A stretch of 64,000 bases of DNA, taken from assembly GCA_002633005.1 (NCBI GenBank), contig NMRA01000435.1:1-64000 (forward strand), given 5' to 3'. The notes below the pieces were generated by a model. That model saw nothing but the letters and a program-made list of their open reading frames with translations, was not told the origin of the DNA and did no database searches. Positions 49,001 to 62,112 of this stretch are shown here, in pieces (the stretch's first letter is position 1; each line of letters begins with the position of its first letter). Source of the DNA: Phoronis australis (lineage: Eukaryota; Animalia; Phoronida). The translations under genes were made by a program, and so were the position numbers.

Positions 49001-52000
49001 TTGATTTATGTTCATGATAAAATAAATTTATCCAATTAACCAATTCTGTGGCTTCTCATTTACGTTTTTATGCCATGTTAGTAATCAGACATTTATCAGT
49101 TTACCTGCGGGACAAAGTGTAAAAGCACGTACTCTCTCTGTGTTCAGTGTAACACTTAAAAATTCAAAACAAATATTTTACGTTAAAGTCATCTCGTTTA
49201 AGTACTTAGGCTTAAGATGTGTAATTAGGGTTTGAACATTTAACATGATTGGACGTACGAATCGTACAATAAACAAAGTGTACTTGGACACAATTATTTG
49301 AAAAAAAATTATGTTGTGAAAAATTATTTTAAATCTTACTTTCTGTTTTGTATTTTGACAGTCAATTTATGAATACTTTAATTTCTAATTCTCAGTATGT
49401 GTGCTATGCTATATGCTAAGTTGACAATGCTGGTTTTAGGGTAAGGAACGGGAAATAGATGACAAGAATTTTTAAAGTGTTTTGAATTAAAANACAAGGC
49501 TAAGATTTATTGCTTCAAGAACTTATGTAATATTAACCAGCATAACTGTTTATGTATTATCAAAGCTATTAGGGTAGAGACCCTGATTTTCATTTTCAAA
49601 AATAAAAATCCATTTCAGCAAGCTGAAAATTCTGGGTTTTTTTTCTGTTTTGTGAACTGGCAAATTCCGTTTTACTATCTCAAAATGCCAGTTAGCAGAA
49701 GAATGGCTTGGGAATTCTCCTTTTTTGTAGTTAAAAAACAAGAAATATTAGAGTTCTGCGCTATGGTACCTTCTACTGAAATATGTAAATTTCGTTTGAA
49801 TCCTCTAATTCCTGAAAGAAGTCCTTTGTTGCGGAAATTGGGGATCTCTATTTGAGACGGCATCCTAACTTTTTAACAGACATTGCCTTCTCTTTCAGTT
49901 TCCTAGTTTAGAAATGATGTATGAAATTGAAGCTCACTCAAATGAAATTGACGACATGGATATTTCTCCCAGTGGGTCTAAAGTAAGTAACCTAGTTGTT
50001 GAACCCCTCTGGAAGTACATTTTTCTCTTTGCTATTCATTTAAGCATGATTTTTGTTTGTTAACTTTCCTGTCTTTATTTGTTCAATATTCTTTCATTGC
50101 TTCACATATATTTTTTCAGTGTCTATTTCCCTCTTTTAATAGGATTTCCTCTTTTTTGGTTTCTATTTCCCCCATATTTGATTTGCAGTTTCTTCTTTTT
50201 TCATTCCTTTTTTGTTATTGTTTTGACTTAATTCACACAAAAAAAAACAATTCTTGCAGTTAAATTTTACAATAACACAAAAATTATTTCTATCATATCA
50301 GCCTGTTCATTTGTAGAGCAATATGTCAACTTGAAAATTTTCCTCTTTTTGTCATTCGTCTTCACAATCTTTGATTTATGTTTATGATAAAATAAATTTA
50401 TCCAATTAACCAATTCTGTGGCTTCTCATTTACGTTTTTATGCCATGTTATTAATCAGACATTTATCAGTTTACCTGCGGGGCAAAGTGTAAAAGCATGT
50501 ACTCTCTCAGTGTTCAGTGTAACACTTAGAAATTCAAAACAAATATTTTACGTTAAAGTCATCTGGTTTAAGTACTTAGGTTTAAGATGTGTAATTAGGG
50601 TTTGAACATTTTATAATGATTGGACATACGAATCGTACAATAAACAAAGTGTATTTGGACACAATTATTTGAAAAAAAATTATATTGTGAAAAATAATTT
50701 TAAATCTTACTTTCTGTTTTGTATTTTGACAGTCAATTTATGAATACTTTAATTTCTAATTCTCAGTATGTGTGCTATGCTATATGCTAAGTTGACAATG
50801 CTGGTTTTAGGGTAAGGAACGGGAAATAGATGACAAGAATTTTTAAAGTGTTTTGAATTAAAATAAAACCTTTGGACGTGTTTATATTTTGCCAAATCGC
50901 TTGAATTTTCTCTACTTTCTGTTTTGTGCAAAACTGTTATTTAGTACAAAATTTTGACTAGAATATTTCTTGTTTTTTCTAATAACCTATATTTTTATTC
51001 TTCAATTTCAGGTAGTAAGTGTTGGCAAAGATGGGTGTGCCTACTTATGGAACACAAAAGATGGTTCAAAGCACCTAAAACTCGAGTGGACCCAGAAAAC
51101 CAATATTAAATATAGATATAGGGCATGCAGGTGAGACGACAGGTCTTGGAGTCTTGTTTGAGCTGGCATTTGTATGTTACAGTTATCTTGGACCTTATCA
51201 ACACATTTGTATAATTTTATCTCGAAAGAGTTTTACATTTTCCGAAAATAGAAAGCTTGTAGAATGGTGTTATTGGCTTTATGTTTTATTTCTTTTCCAT
51301 ATTTCAGCTTGTCTTTGTCGTGGTCTTCACTCCCTAGTAACAATTTTGATATTTTGGTATCTCTCGCTATATCAGCCAAACTATTTGAAGTCGTTACAAA
51401 ATTGAACAAATGTGTTTCTTTTGACGAAAACCTGGCCAATGTTGTTACACAAGTTTGACTACTGCTATGCCCCCTTGTGTCAGTTTTAGTGTTTTGTGTT
51501 AGCCTCGATATCTATTGAGTTTGATGAAACATCTTTGTGATATTTGATTTGTAAAATTTGACCAGGAGAGAACAGCTTTTCCCCAATGTTTTTACAGGTA
51601 TTCTTCCTGCTAGTGGCGATTTTATTCATTTAATTAATATTCAGTTTTGCTACCTTAGTTAAGAGCAATATGATGTCATCAGAACGTGATATTGAAATAA
51701 TACTTAAATGGGTAACGATTGATTTTGGACTTGTATTTCCTAAGAAACCCTGTTAAAAATGACCGTGGTTTATTTTTTCAGATTTGGTTTAGTCGAAGGC
51801 CAAAAGGATAAGTGGGATTTATATACAGTGAACATTCCCGTTACGCGAGGTCGAACCGGTTGTCCGTGTTATCTAACGAGGTGGGACTGTAGCACATACA
51901 CACCCAAGTCTATACAGAGTACGGGAGAAGACGTGATATCAGCATTCACAGTTAGGTGAGATGTGCTTAAGTTTTCAGAATGCTGCTGGGCTTTTTTATT

Positions 52001-54531
52001 TTAAGTTGCTCCTGTGTGCCTAAAGATCGGTTTACACACAATCGAAGTGTGTAGACTGTGGTCCAAATTGGTTTGGGACTTCTTCGGAGTCGTTGAAAAA
52101 TCGGAACCAAATCTGTAATTGTTTCCTGTCTCACGATGCAGGATACATGGCATCCATTACCATCACACAATGTTGTTGGAAGTCAATGATATTTGAAGAG
52201 GAAAGCTTTGCATTTTGTTCATATATATTGTGAAGTGTAGTTTGGACACCTCCAGGTGCCAGTCAAATTTGGCGACCTTGACCTGGTCTTCAAGGTCATC
52301 ACAAAAGACGTTGAGCCTGTGTTGTATCATACACTATACAAAGTTTGTTTTTGAAATGTTTTTTTAAAGATTTGCATTTGAAAATTTTGGCGATTTTTAT
52401 TGGAAGTTGAGTGTTGCAAAGGTATTTATTGTGCTTACCTTTACACATTTACACATTAAAAAAAATTTGTTTCCACATTAATTTTACAGCCTCAAAAATT
52501 TCATTTCCCAAGGCGGAGATGGACGGTGTGATTACCATGTGACAATTGGTTGTTTGTTGCATTCAGAACTTGAGATGGATAAATCATCCGTTGCTGCTAT
52601 TTTTCAGCGATAATGGGATTTATCTTGGAACTGGAACTCTAACCGGTGATGTCTCCATTTACATCTCTTTTAGTTTACAAGTAAGTCTTTCGTTTACATT
52701 GGATTTCTGAATGCAAAACTGTTGGCTTTTGAACTTGATTAAAACAGAAATGTTTACAAAGTGCACAACATATTTCACTGTATGATTTTAGAAACGTTTA
52801 TCATGCTATAGACAGCTTATAGGTATGTCATCGCTACTGGGAATTGAATTTTAGAGGCCAAACAGATTGAAAAGTCACCGGTTTACAAAATATTAGCCAG
52901 TGTTTTATTGAAGTCATTGCTAAAAGGGTAATTGCTCTGCTCGACACAAAATTACCTTAGATTAGTGTTAGGGATAATAAGTCTTCTTCACAACAGCGGG
53001 ACTTGTGCAATTCTTCTGATAAAGTATGAAGTGCCATAAAACAGACTGAGTTTCTTGTGTGTTGATACGGTCGCCTTCATTCAACAGTTGATCACACAGG
53101 CAATGTCTGACATCATAACTGACATTCATGACCTCATGCTGTTTGCTTCTAGTTAGTTGTCTGGGAATTATGTCACAGAGCAAAACATGGTTTGCTATTT
53201 GTAGAATTTGTTGCCAGCAAGTTGTCGTTTTGGCCTAAAATGGTTTCACTTTTCATGTGTTTTCTTAACTAAACTTTTTGAGTATTTAATCATGTGAGTA
53301 CCATATATCGTTAATAGTAAATTTCAAGCCGTTATTTTAACCCTGTTATTATTTAAACATCTTACTTTAACAGAAACTCCATCATGTGAAGGGGGCTCAC
53401 AGTTATTTCATATCTGGCCTACAGTTCACGCCGTCAACAAATTCATCAAAGGTTGTGACAGGAGCAGACAAGGAGTTTACACTGCTCAGCATCTCAGTGG
53501 ATAACAAAGTAAAGATGCACCAGCTAAGGAAACGAGGTCAGTATAGCAAGGTCACGACCTCGGGTGCATTCCATAGACCAAGTTTCTTGCAAGAAAAGCG
53601 AGATCATGCAAAATCACGCGAGTGAAAGACGAATACTATGTTTTTTGCTGGGTTCCATTTAAATTATATAAATGTTGAGCAAACATCCTTTTGGAACCAT
53701 ACCTTGAGTAGAACGTGTGCAGCCATTTCGTCCCTATCTCACAGACTTTATTCACCACCGGGTGAAAGACGAATGTTTCGCAACTGTACAAGAGACCTTA
53801 GTAAAATGGCGGAAACTGAAGTGTATGGTTGTTGAGGTTGGAATGTTGAATTATGGGATGGAATTTATGAATTGTGGTGTGCAGGGTAGAAGACTTGAGG
53901 TTTTGCGACAAGATGTCAATTTTTTCCTACTTCCCCTTCTCAGTTGGTGGTCTATTAAAATGCTGGTTTAGCACTTAATCGTTCTATGTTGTGACAAAGT
54001 TACTGACGTTCAAGCCATGCTAAGCACACCTTTGGAGTACATAGCTTCAAATTAAGATTAAAATAGATTTACAAAAACGCCAGCTACGATATTCACTCTG
54101 TCCTGAATGCACTGAGAGAATTACATGCCAAGCATACTTCCTTTACACAGATCACTGCTATCATTTAACCGTGCCTCCAGACAGTTCATTACTACATGGT
54201 TTATGATCCCTAACACTTGCTCGTAAGTGAAAATGATTCCATGTGAACTATGCGAAGGTAAAGGCACATTACAACAGAGTTACTACTATGTCTTTTAGTT
54301 TCGTCTTTTTCCCAAAGTGATTTGCTTTGTTCTAAATAGAGTTCACCGTCTAATTCTTTTGTTTGTAAAATTTTGTAAGTTTTGTAACATCCGTTGTCTA
54401 ATTTATACACCACTGATTTTAATTTCTCTTTCTTTCCAGGTGAAATTAGCGTACTGTGGGTGATCCTCGCTGCAGTTGCACTCATTTACGTAATTATCTC
54501 GTGTCTGGCGTACTATGGCTTCGAAATTTAA
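46017..54531 (+). CDS. PREB: Prolactin regulatory element-binding protein / SEC12 (Sar1 GEF; WD40 propeller plus C-terminal TM), 415 aa, 9 coding exons
   Basis: Exons 46017-46148, 46877-47069, 47453-47670, 48545-48628 (duplicate at 49899-49982), 51012-51130, 51782-51955, 52608-52680, 53374-53536, 54440-54531 (1248 nt). K-loop PLYAI...AGGGGQAKTGVQN. WD repeats LLTGGADGFIRAW and AHSNEIDDMDISPSG. YRYRACRFG. TM segment VLWVILAAVALIYVIISCLAYYG. Confidence 0.95.
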
Positions 54532-54920
54532 ATTAGACGATTATTTTACCAATATCTCTGTCTGGTGATAGATATACAAACGCTACACGTACTGTGTATT
54601 TTGTGCTTGAAAGAAGGGTTGCAGGTTTGGATTTGTGGAAGGAATGTCGTGAGTGACGTAGAGACCCTGCTGCAATGGGTATTTCTCAGTATCATCCCAA
54701 AAATCGAATGACACAATCTGACTATGAACCGTGTGTTTGGTGTCACTGTCTTTGACCAAAGTTGCTCATTTCCTTTAGTCCTTGGACTGTTTCATTGGGA
54801 TGTTCAGACGGACACTGACGTTCTGAGAACTATTTTGGTGCGAGAGCACCTTAACTGAATTCGAAACTATGGTGTGTTGTTTTCAGTGAAGCGTTTCAGT
54901 CTTACTCAAAATGCTGTTTC

Positions 54921-54921
54921 A

Positions 54922-54952
<31 letters not shown>
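54921..54952. repeat. (ATT)n microsatellite in the PREB 3' UTR
   Basis: About ten att repeats. Confidence 0.9.
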
Positions 54953-56212
54953 TTAAGTGACCATTCACAATTATTGTCATTTTCACAATCGTACAAAGTG
55001 TGGGCTTTAGGGAGGGAGAGATCAAGGTTAGCTGCTAGACAACGCTTTAGATATCTTAAGAATGGTGATGTAAATAGACAAAAAATGCTTTATTTTTTCA
55101 CAATGTTAAAGATATGATGAATAAGGTGACATTATAAGAACTTCTAGTCACTTTCGGAATGCTTGACATATACGTAAAGTTGAGATAAATATCTGGATCT
55201 ATAAAAATGTCAACATTGTTCACTTTCTGGAGGAGGGGGAAAAGTGTATAGTATGTTTTGTTTCCTTGTGAAAATGACGCCATTGTGAACTGTTCCTATT
55301 ATTGTTTGATGTTGTTTTATTATGGTATATTTAGAAAGGAGACTTGGGGTAAATGAATACATAGCCCAGTGTTCGCTCTAACGTTCTAAACACTTGAGGT
55401 CAAGTTGACCCAGCTTCCAAGAATTTTGGGGTTCATTTCAAGTTCTTGGAGTTTATGAAAACAAGTCTGAAAATTGTTATTGTAACACAGACTAGCCCAC
55501 AAAACATATTTTTGGAAAAATGAAGCAAATCTGGGGGTAATGTTGAGCCCTGTCCACACAATCCGATTAGTTGTATGTCATAATGTATTTGAATGTCATA
55601 TACAACTAATTGGAGTGTTTGTATTCAAAAAATGGAGACTTCGTCGCTCTAAAATGTGGGAAGATAACTAAGAAATAGTGAAAACGGATGGTTTTCATAT
55701 CTTTAGATCTATATCGTGCAACTTATGAAAATTGTATCCAAGGTGGGTAACAATAAACTCAACGTCTTCACTGGTACAAAAACGCAGCTTCGGGTGAAGA
55801 CTTATAGCTGTGGATAAAGCTTCCTTTTTGTCACACATTTTTTGTTGAAATTGTCTGCTATATGGAATCAATTGAAGAATGTGACCCTGAACTTTGTCAG
55901 AAAGTCACAGATGCTTCTGTGTGACGCTACAAAACAAAAATGTGGGAAGGTCACAGATGCTTCTGTGTGACGCTACAAAACAAAAATTGTTTGTACTCTT
56001 CGTTGGGGTGAAAGATGGGAATGCATTCCTCTCAATTGTTCATTCTGTAAAGTTCCTTAAGAATGGAACAAAAATGTTTGTTAAACTGTCATTTTTTGAA
56101 GGCTCATAGCAGTGAAATTAATGCTAAGAACATCAGCTGACATCTGTACAATATGAGGTGCTAATAAGCTAGTCTATTTTCTGTTGGTTATTTCTGCTTG
56201 GAAATTGGACAA

Positions 56213-56218
56213 AATAAA
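56213..56218 (+). terminator. Candidate PREB polyadenylation signal
   Basis: AATAAA followed by T/GT-rich sequence. An alternative AATAAA lies at ~55752. Confidence 0.4.
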
Positions 56219-57419
56219 ATTTCACTGTTGGCCATATTGTATTCTCTATCGCACTGGAACCTTAATCCGGTAATTTATCTTGGTCTTTTAAAACATATCC
56301 CTCATAAATTTGTTTCCAATATAGTGTATGAGAGGTTTGTTGTTAAGTAAGTAATTTTTATGATGTGACATGTGTTCAATGGATTTAAACCATAAATACG
56401 CAACAAAACAGGACCACCCAGCCCTCCACGGAGCTTATAAGTCACTTAAGATACATGAAATTAAAAACAAAAAAGAAAAAAACAAGTGTACACGTATTGC
56501 AAGAGGACGAAAAAGACAACACAGTGATATGAAAGTGATCATAAAAAAATTTTTTTTTCATTCAAAAGTATTTTTGATGAAAACTGAAGTATTTCTGATA
56601 TCTTTTTGCACGAAATCGTGGATATTTAATCTCAACTTGAGAGTGAAAGGTGTTTCTGGCATCTAAGAAAACCAGACACTCAAACATAAAATGTACTTCA
56701 GTTTCGACCTAACTAGTATGGCAAAATTCTGTCATCAAATTCCAGAGAACAAAAACGTCTAACCTCAACCAATAGCTGCAAGGTTCCGGTTCTAATTTGA
56801 GCAAGAATTGATCTACAAGGTCGAGTTAAGTCTAACTGCACATAAGGTTCAACTTCAGTCAAATACATTCTTCATCAAAACATAGATTCTTAACTTTGGT
56901 TTCGAACGGCATTCAAAACAACCACCTATTACCGAAGCCAAATCATGCAACATATTTTTACAGTGAGAGAGATTAACTGAATTTCGGACAGTCATGAGCG
57001 CAAACGTTTGGCGAAGTCAAAGTAGTACGTACCTTTCCTAGGGGCCTGATAGTTAAAATAAGGCGGGAATTTTAGCCACACCCTTAGATGATCTACAATG
57101 ATGGAAGTACCAGTGATTGGTGAATTCATTGTCATTAGAGCTCCGGTACGACATCGACCCCTGACTGTGGCAGTGCGACAAAGTGAAAAAAAAGCGATTA
57201 AACTGGAAAGTCAAGCTATGTCTTCAATGAGACTTGTTTGCCGGGAAGAAGGATTCTATCAACATATCAATGAGTAAAAATAAAAATTTCTTGTTTTAAT
57301 TATATCAAGAATGTTACTGTGAGTCATTTTGCGCAAATTTAAGTTTTGCAGATTTTGCCGCTCTGTATAGTTAACAAAATTCAAACTGTAAATTAAAGAT
57401 GGGTAGAAAAATCGGTGAA

Positions 57420-58410
57420 TGTCTTTTTAGCGGCCCGCGGATTTTTGTTCGCTTTGAGCAACACCGAAGACACCTATGATTCTTTCGGCCGGGGACCGAC
57501 GTCGCTTATTTTTTGACTCTGGCCCACACTCACTAGCTGTACGAGTCGATGTTTCAGCCGGGATAACTCACTCGCCGCTAATAAGGGGCCTCGCACTTGT
57601 TTAAGTTTGGTGATATGAAGAATGCTACCTTTGTCAATATATATAATCATTTTGCGCAAATAAGTTTTGCAGATTTTGCCGGCTCTGTACTGAATCTTTG
57701 CCCTCAGCGGCCGCGCGGACTTTTGTTCGCTTTGCTGAGCAGCACTAAGGCACGTATGATTCCTTGGACATCGCTTCACTCTGGGCCCCCGGTCGCTGCT
57801 CAGTGGATGGCGGAGCCCCACCGCTAAACACGAACTTTCCAGCAACTTTAAAGGCGGCGGGTTCGCGTCACCCCGGCATCTCAATGCCCTTCCCGATCAC
57901 TAGTGAGGTGCAAAACTGACATCAATGCATGCGTTTGGTATTGGTGCCTCTAAACTGTTGTGAGCGCAGGGCCCCAAAAAGCGCGGAACCTGCAGCATAC
58001 TTCTGCTACGTACTAAGTTTAATCAGGCACCGGCCGGTGAGCGGTCGAAAACTGGGACCCCGGAGAGGCGGCGGGGCGCGCGGCGGTCCCGGCCCCCGGA
58101 GGCCGGGCGGGGTCACTTGCCGCCAAAGTATAAGAAATCGTCACGTTTTATGTGATTGAACTAGATATTGTATAGATATATACGTAACTATTAATCTTCT
58201 CCCCAGATGAAGGGAAGATTGAACTGTCATGCCGCAATCGCGCCCGGCTCACTGGCGGAGTCTTGAAAGCGCGGTCTCCACTGAAAGGCCACATTGTGGT
58301 AGATTTTGGTGGGCTGCCACCAGATGTCACTGACCACTGGGTCCCACAGAGGGCGGAAAAGCAGCGTTTCCTTTGTCATCCTTCGAGTGCTACTGCGAGT
58401 AACGACGATA
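57420..58410. promoter_or_regulatory. GC/CpG-rich island upstream of FKBP1A
   Basis: Dense CpG, GC box gggcgggg near 58105, and a CTCF-like ccaccagatgtcac near 58317, in an otherwise AT-rich window. Confidence 0.5.
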
Positions 58411-58413
58411 AAA

Positions 58414-61400
58414 ATGGGCGTTGATGCTGAAACTCTTGCACCAGGGGATGGCGGTAAGTCATTTTAAAGATTCTGTGTGCATCAGAGGATCATATTTACT
58501 TGTGCACATTTGTTGTTGTTGAGGATTTTGACTGGTTTCCAGACGCCGGCGTCGAGCGACCCCGCGTTAGTCATCCATTACAATAGTCAATATTGCAACG
58601 CTCAACAGACAGCACACCAACGAGAGTCATGTCCTCTTCGGCCTCCTTGTCATTGGGGCCGGGACAGGGGAGCTTTCAAATTCATGAATTGTCGTTAATT
58701 TGAATTGCAGAACTGTAACATTAGAACTGAGAATTTTTCACTGCATCAAAAAACGATGATGACAGTTATTAATTAGATCACGCCAATACTTTAGTAGCTG
58801 TGTTCTAATTGGTCCAACCCTGTCCTGGGACAAGGATGGACCTCATGCGTAACTTTTCAACCGATAATTATTGCCGGGAGCTGGCAGTAACTCCTGAATG
58901 AAAAGATACTGAATACCTGACGAAGCCTAACAGGTTGAGGTTAAGCTGTCAGTGATCTAATTGGTGCTCCTTGCATGTTCAATCTTTTTTCCTTGGCCAA
59001 AAAAATCGTTCGTTGACAACCATGTTTTCTCATGGCCTAGGTCACAGCTTTTTCTGGTAGTGGGTTTTTACCTATCCTGTCAGCCTCAGTGTACCCACGT
59101 TCGACAATGTACCCACAATTGATAGTGTACCCACAATCGACAGTGTACCCACAATCAACAGTTTACCCACGATCGACACCCTTACGATTTTCATTGAATA
59201 AACAGGTATATAACGGTCCTACCTGTTACAGTGAACTCTGTTCAAGTCTTAGCCGCAAACAGCTTGCACTGTTTGTGTGCTATCTTGTTGAATTGCACGT
59301 GTGCCAAATGTTGCTTTTTTTGAATGCGGGTAATAAGTTGAAGTAGCAGAGGAAGTATCGTCTGCGATTTTTCTGCTTTTGAAGAAGTTGTAAATTTGAG
59401 GCAAAAATGTACATTACATAGTGTTGAAAATTAGTCATTTAATTAAATTACTGTTTGTCACTTCAAGTCGGGAAATCATGACTCTTGGAGACACTCTTTG
59501 AGAAATTTTGAATTGAGGGAGTCGATGTTAGGCAATGTAAAGTTTCCTCGAAGTTGTACAAAAATGACTGCCAAAATTATCATTTTCTGTTTTCCAAAAC
59601 CTCGCTACAAGTTTTAAATTGTCAAAAATTCATCACATGTTTGTTGATGAGTCCTGTACAATGTAAAATCCCCAAATAATGAAGTAAACTTTTCTTCTTG
59701 AGTGTTCACTTTTATTGAAAACTTTCATAAACGAAAATTTCACTGATTGCACAATATTGTGCTCTAACCAAAAATTGCTAGAAGGTTTTCAACAAATTAT
59801 GCTTTGCTCTGGCAAGCCATCAGTGATGTTGGTATAAATAATTTTCAAGTAAAAAACATCTTTGCAGGCCGCCCCTGTCGTTCTGAGCAGTGCAAAAGGT
59901 AGTATTTTAGCGTTTAATCTACTGCCAACGGTGACAAATGCACGACTTGAAATATTCCATGTTACTACCTAATCACTTATCAAATGCTGACTGAATCTCA
60001 TATGCAAAGGACTATTTAGATGTGCAAAGTAATAAAAAAATAAAAATCAGATAATGCTTGAGAAAGTTATGCATTTTTGTCTCTGAATTTTATGATTTTT
60101 TCTGGTACGGGTGGGCATTTTAAAATAGTCAGTTTTACAAACAATGGCAGTAGAGAAAATTATTTTGTTAAGTAAGCAGTTGCTTTTATGCGACTCAGGA
60201 TAACCCAGGATAACTCAGGTCACTTTCAGAATCACTTATAAAATATGAAGTTGTACTTGTTCATTGAGAAACGGTAAGGTTCATACTAAAACAGAAACTC
60301 GTTACGAAATTTGAAATTTCTGTTTCTGTGCAGACATGGGTGTGCAATTTACCATGTCTGCAATTTAGTTTATCGTATCCTGCATCGTAACTGAACTAAG
60401 GTTTCATTCTGAACATGTCAATGAGCTCCAAGAGTGGGCAAAAATCCACCGTGCTTCTTATCTCACAAAAGGTCTGTTCCCAAGCCTGGAGTGCAATCTG
60501 AACCAGACAAGTACCTGCATAAAGCGAGTCGTTATAATCAGCAACAATTGGCACCTATCTAAATCTTGCAGTTGAGCCATGTACGTAATTTAGTGCTCAG
60601 TTGTTTACGAATGGCGTATCATTGGGTACTTTAGAATTAGACTAATATTTCGGATATCGTAAGTTCCTTTCCCAATTTTGACAATTTGCTTCACAAAGTG
60701 GACGCTAAGAGAAGCAGCACGCGTGGGACTAAATTCATTTTTGCGTTGGCTGTGATTTCTTTGGTTAATGTTTTTCTCCTATTGAAAGGCAGGGCTCGAC
60801 ATAACGAGCTGCAGGTCGCATTTGCGACCTGAAATTTGGAAATGCGAGCTGAGATTTTTGTCAGCTCGTATAAAGTCGCAAAATGCGACCTGGAATTTCC
60901 AACGAATGCGAGCTGAGTTTTTACACTTCTCAACAGATACCTGGCAAATACAAAGCAGCTCTTGTTAATCCGACCGTTATTTGGTTGTTGCCAAATACAA
61001 GTTCAAAAGAACACTAACCGAGAACAGGCCTCCCGATGACTTGTAAGCAAGTCGCGTGAACATGGGATATGAAGAATCGATCTTTGACGCGTTTCATTGG
61101 CTAACACTTTCGGCCACTTTTGTAAATTCCCGGATTCGCCGAAGAAAGTTTCGGGCCANNNNNNNNNNNNNNNNNNNNNNNNNNNNNNNNNNNNNNNNNN
61201 NNNNNNNNNNNNNNNNNNNNNNNNNNNNNNNNNNNNNNNNNNNNNNNNNNNNNNNNNNNNNNNNNNNNNNNNNNNNNNNNNNNNNNNNNNNNNNNNNNNN
61301 NNNNNNNNNNNNNNNNNNNNNNNNNNNNNNNNNNNNNNNNNNNNNNNNNNNNNNNNNNNNNNNNNNNNNNNNNNNNNNNNNNNNNNNNNNNNNNNNNNNN

Positions 61401-62112
61401 NNNNNNNNNNNNNNNNNNNNNNNNNNNNNNNNNNNNNNNNNNNNNNNNNNNNNNNNNNNNNNNNNNNNNNNNNNNNNNNNNNNNNNNNNNNNNNNNNNNN
61501 NNNNNNNNNNNNNNNNNNNNNNNNNNNNNNNNNNNNNNNNNNNNNNNNNNNNNNNNNTCTAACAAAATCCCGGATACTTTTTCAACGGGCATTTTCTCCC
61601 TTTTCACATCGCAAATTTAGCTACTCGAATGCACGAGTCAGTTAGAGAGCACTGATTCAACTTTCACGCCGGCAACTTGCCTTGCGCTCTAGAGACTTTC
61701 AATGGCGGTCGTGAAGAACAGTAAGGCCGTACCTGCATGAATGAAGTCAATTTTGAAATCCGAAATTTGTGAGTATTTAACGCTGCAGGTAAGAGCATAA
61801 TCTAAACATTTTCCCGATGATCTAAAAAATCTGTTTTGGCGCGTAAAAATGGCGGGAAAATTTTGCGACCTGGCATTTACGAATGCGAGCTGGATTTTGA
61901 AAATGCGACCTGGGATTTTGGCTAGGTCGCAAAATGCGACCTGGCGATTTTATTAGCGTCGAGCCCTGAAAGGTCTGTTGCATATTCTCGTTTTGTAGTT
62001 TTTTCTTGTTGAGTGTCTATGTGAGTTTGATGTGTCCTGTCCTATAAGTTTATGTTGTCATTTTCAGCTACATTCCCAAAGGCTGGACAAGCAGTAACAG
62101 TGCATTACACAG
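58414..62112 (+). CDS. FKBP1A: FK506-binding protein FKBP12 (peptidyl-prolyl isomerase), first two exons; gene continues past the window
   Basis: Exon 58414-58453 (MGVDAETLAPGDG, GTAAGT donor) plus exon 62068-62112 (ATFPKAGQAVTVHYTG, GTAAGC donor) match the FKBP12 N-terminus [29 protein letters not shown]. Confidence 0.92.
59087..59178. repeat. 18-bp tandem repeat, ~5 copies
   Basis: Unit cagtgtacccacaatcga. Confidence 0.85.
60790..61968 (-). mobile_element. Non-autonomous hAT-like element with 5-bp TSD (family B, copy 2, inverted); internal gap
   Basis: TIR cagggctcgac/gtcgagccctg. TSD aaagg at 60785-60789 and 61969-61973. Nearly identical to 7016-8428. Confidence 0.9.

Noticed and set aside
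57420-58340. Telomerase RNA / 7SK / RNase P candidate
   Set aside because: No CTAACCCT template and no recognisable 7SK or RNase P conserved regions on either strand.
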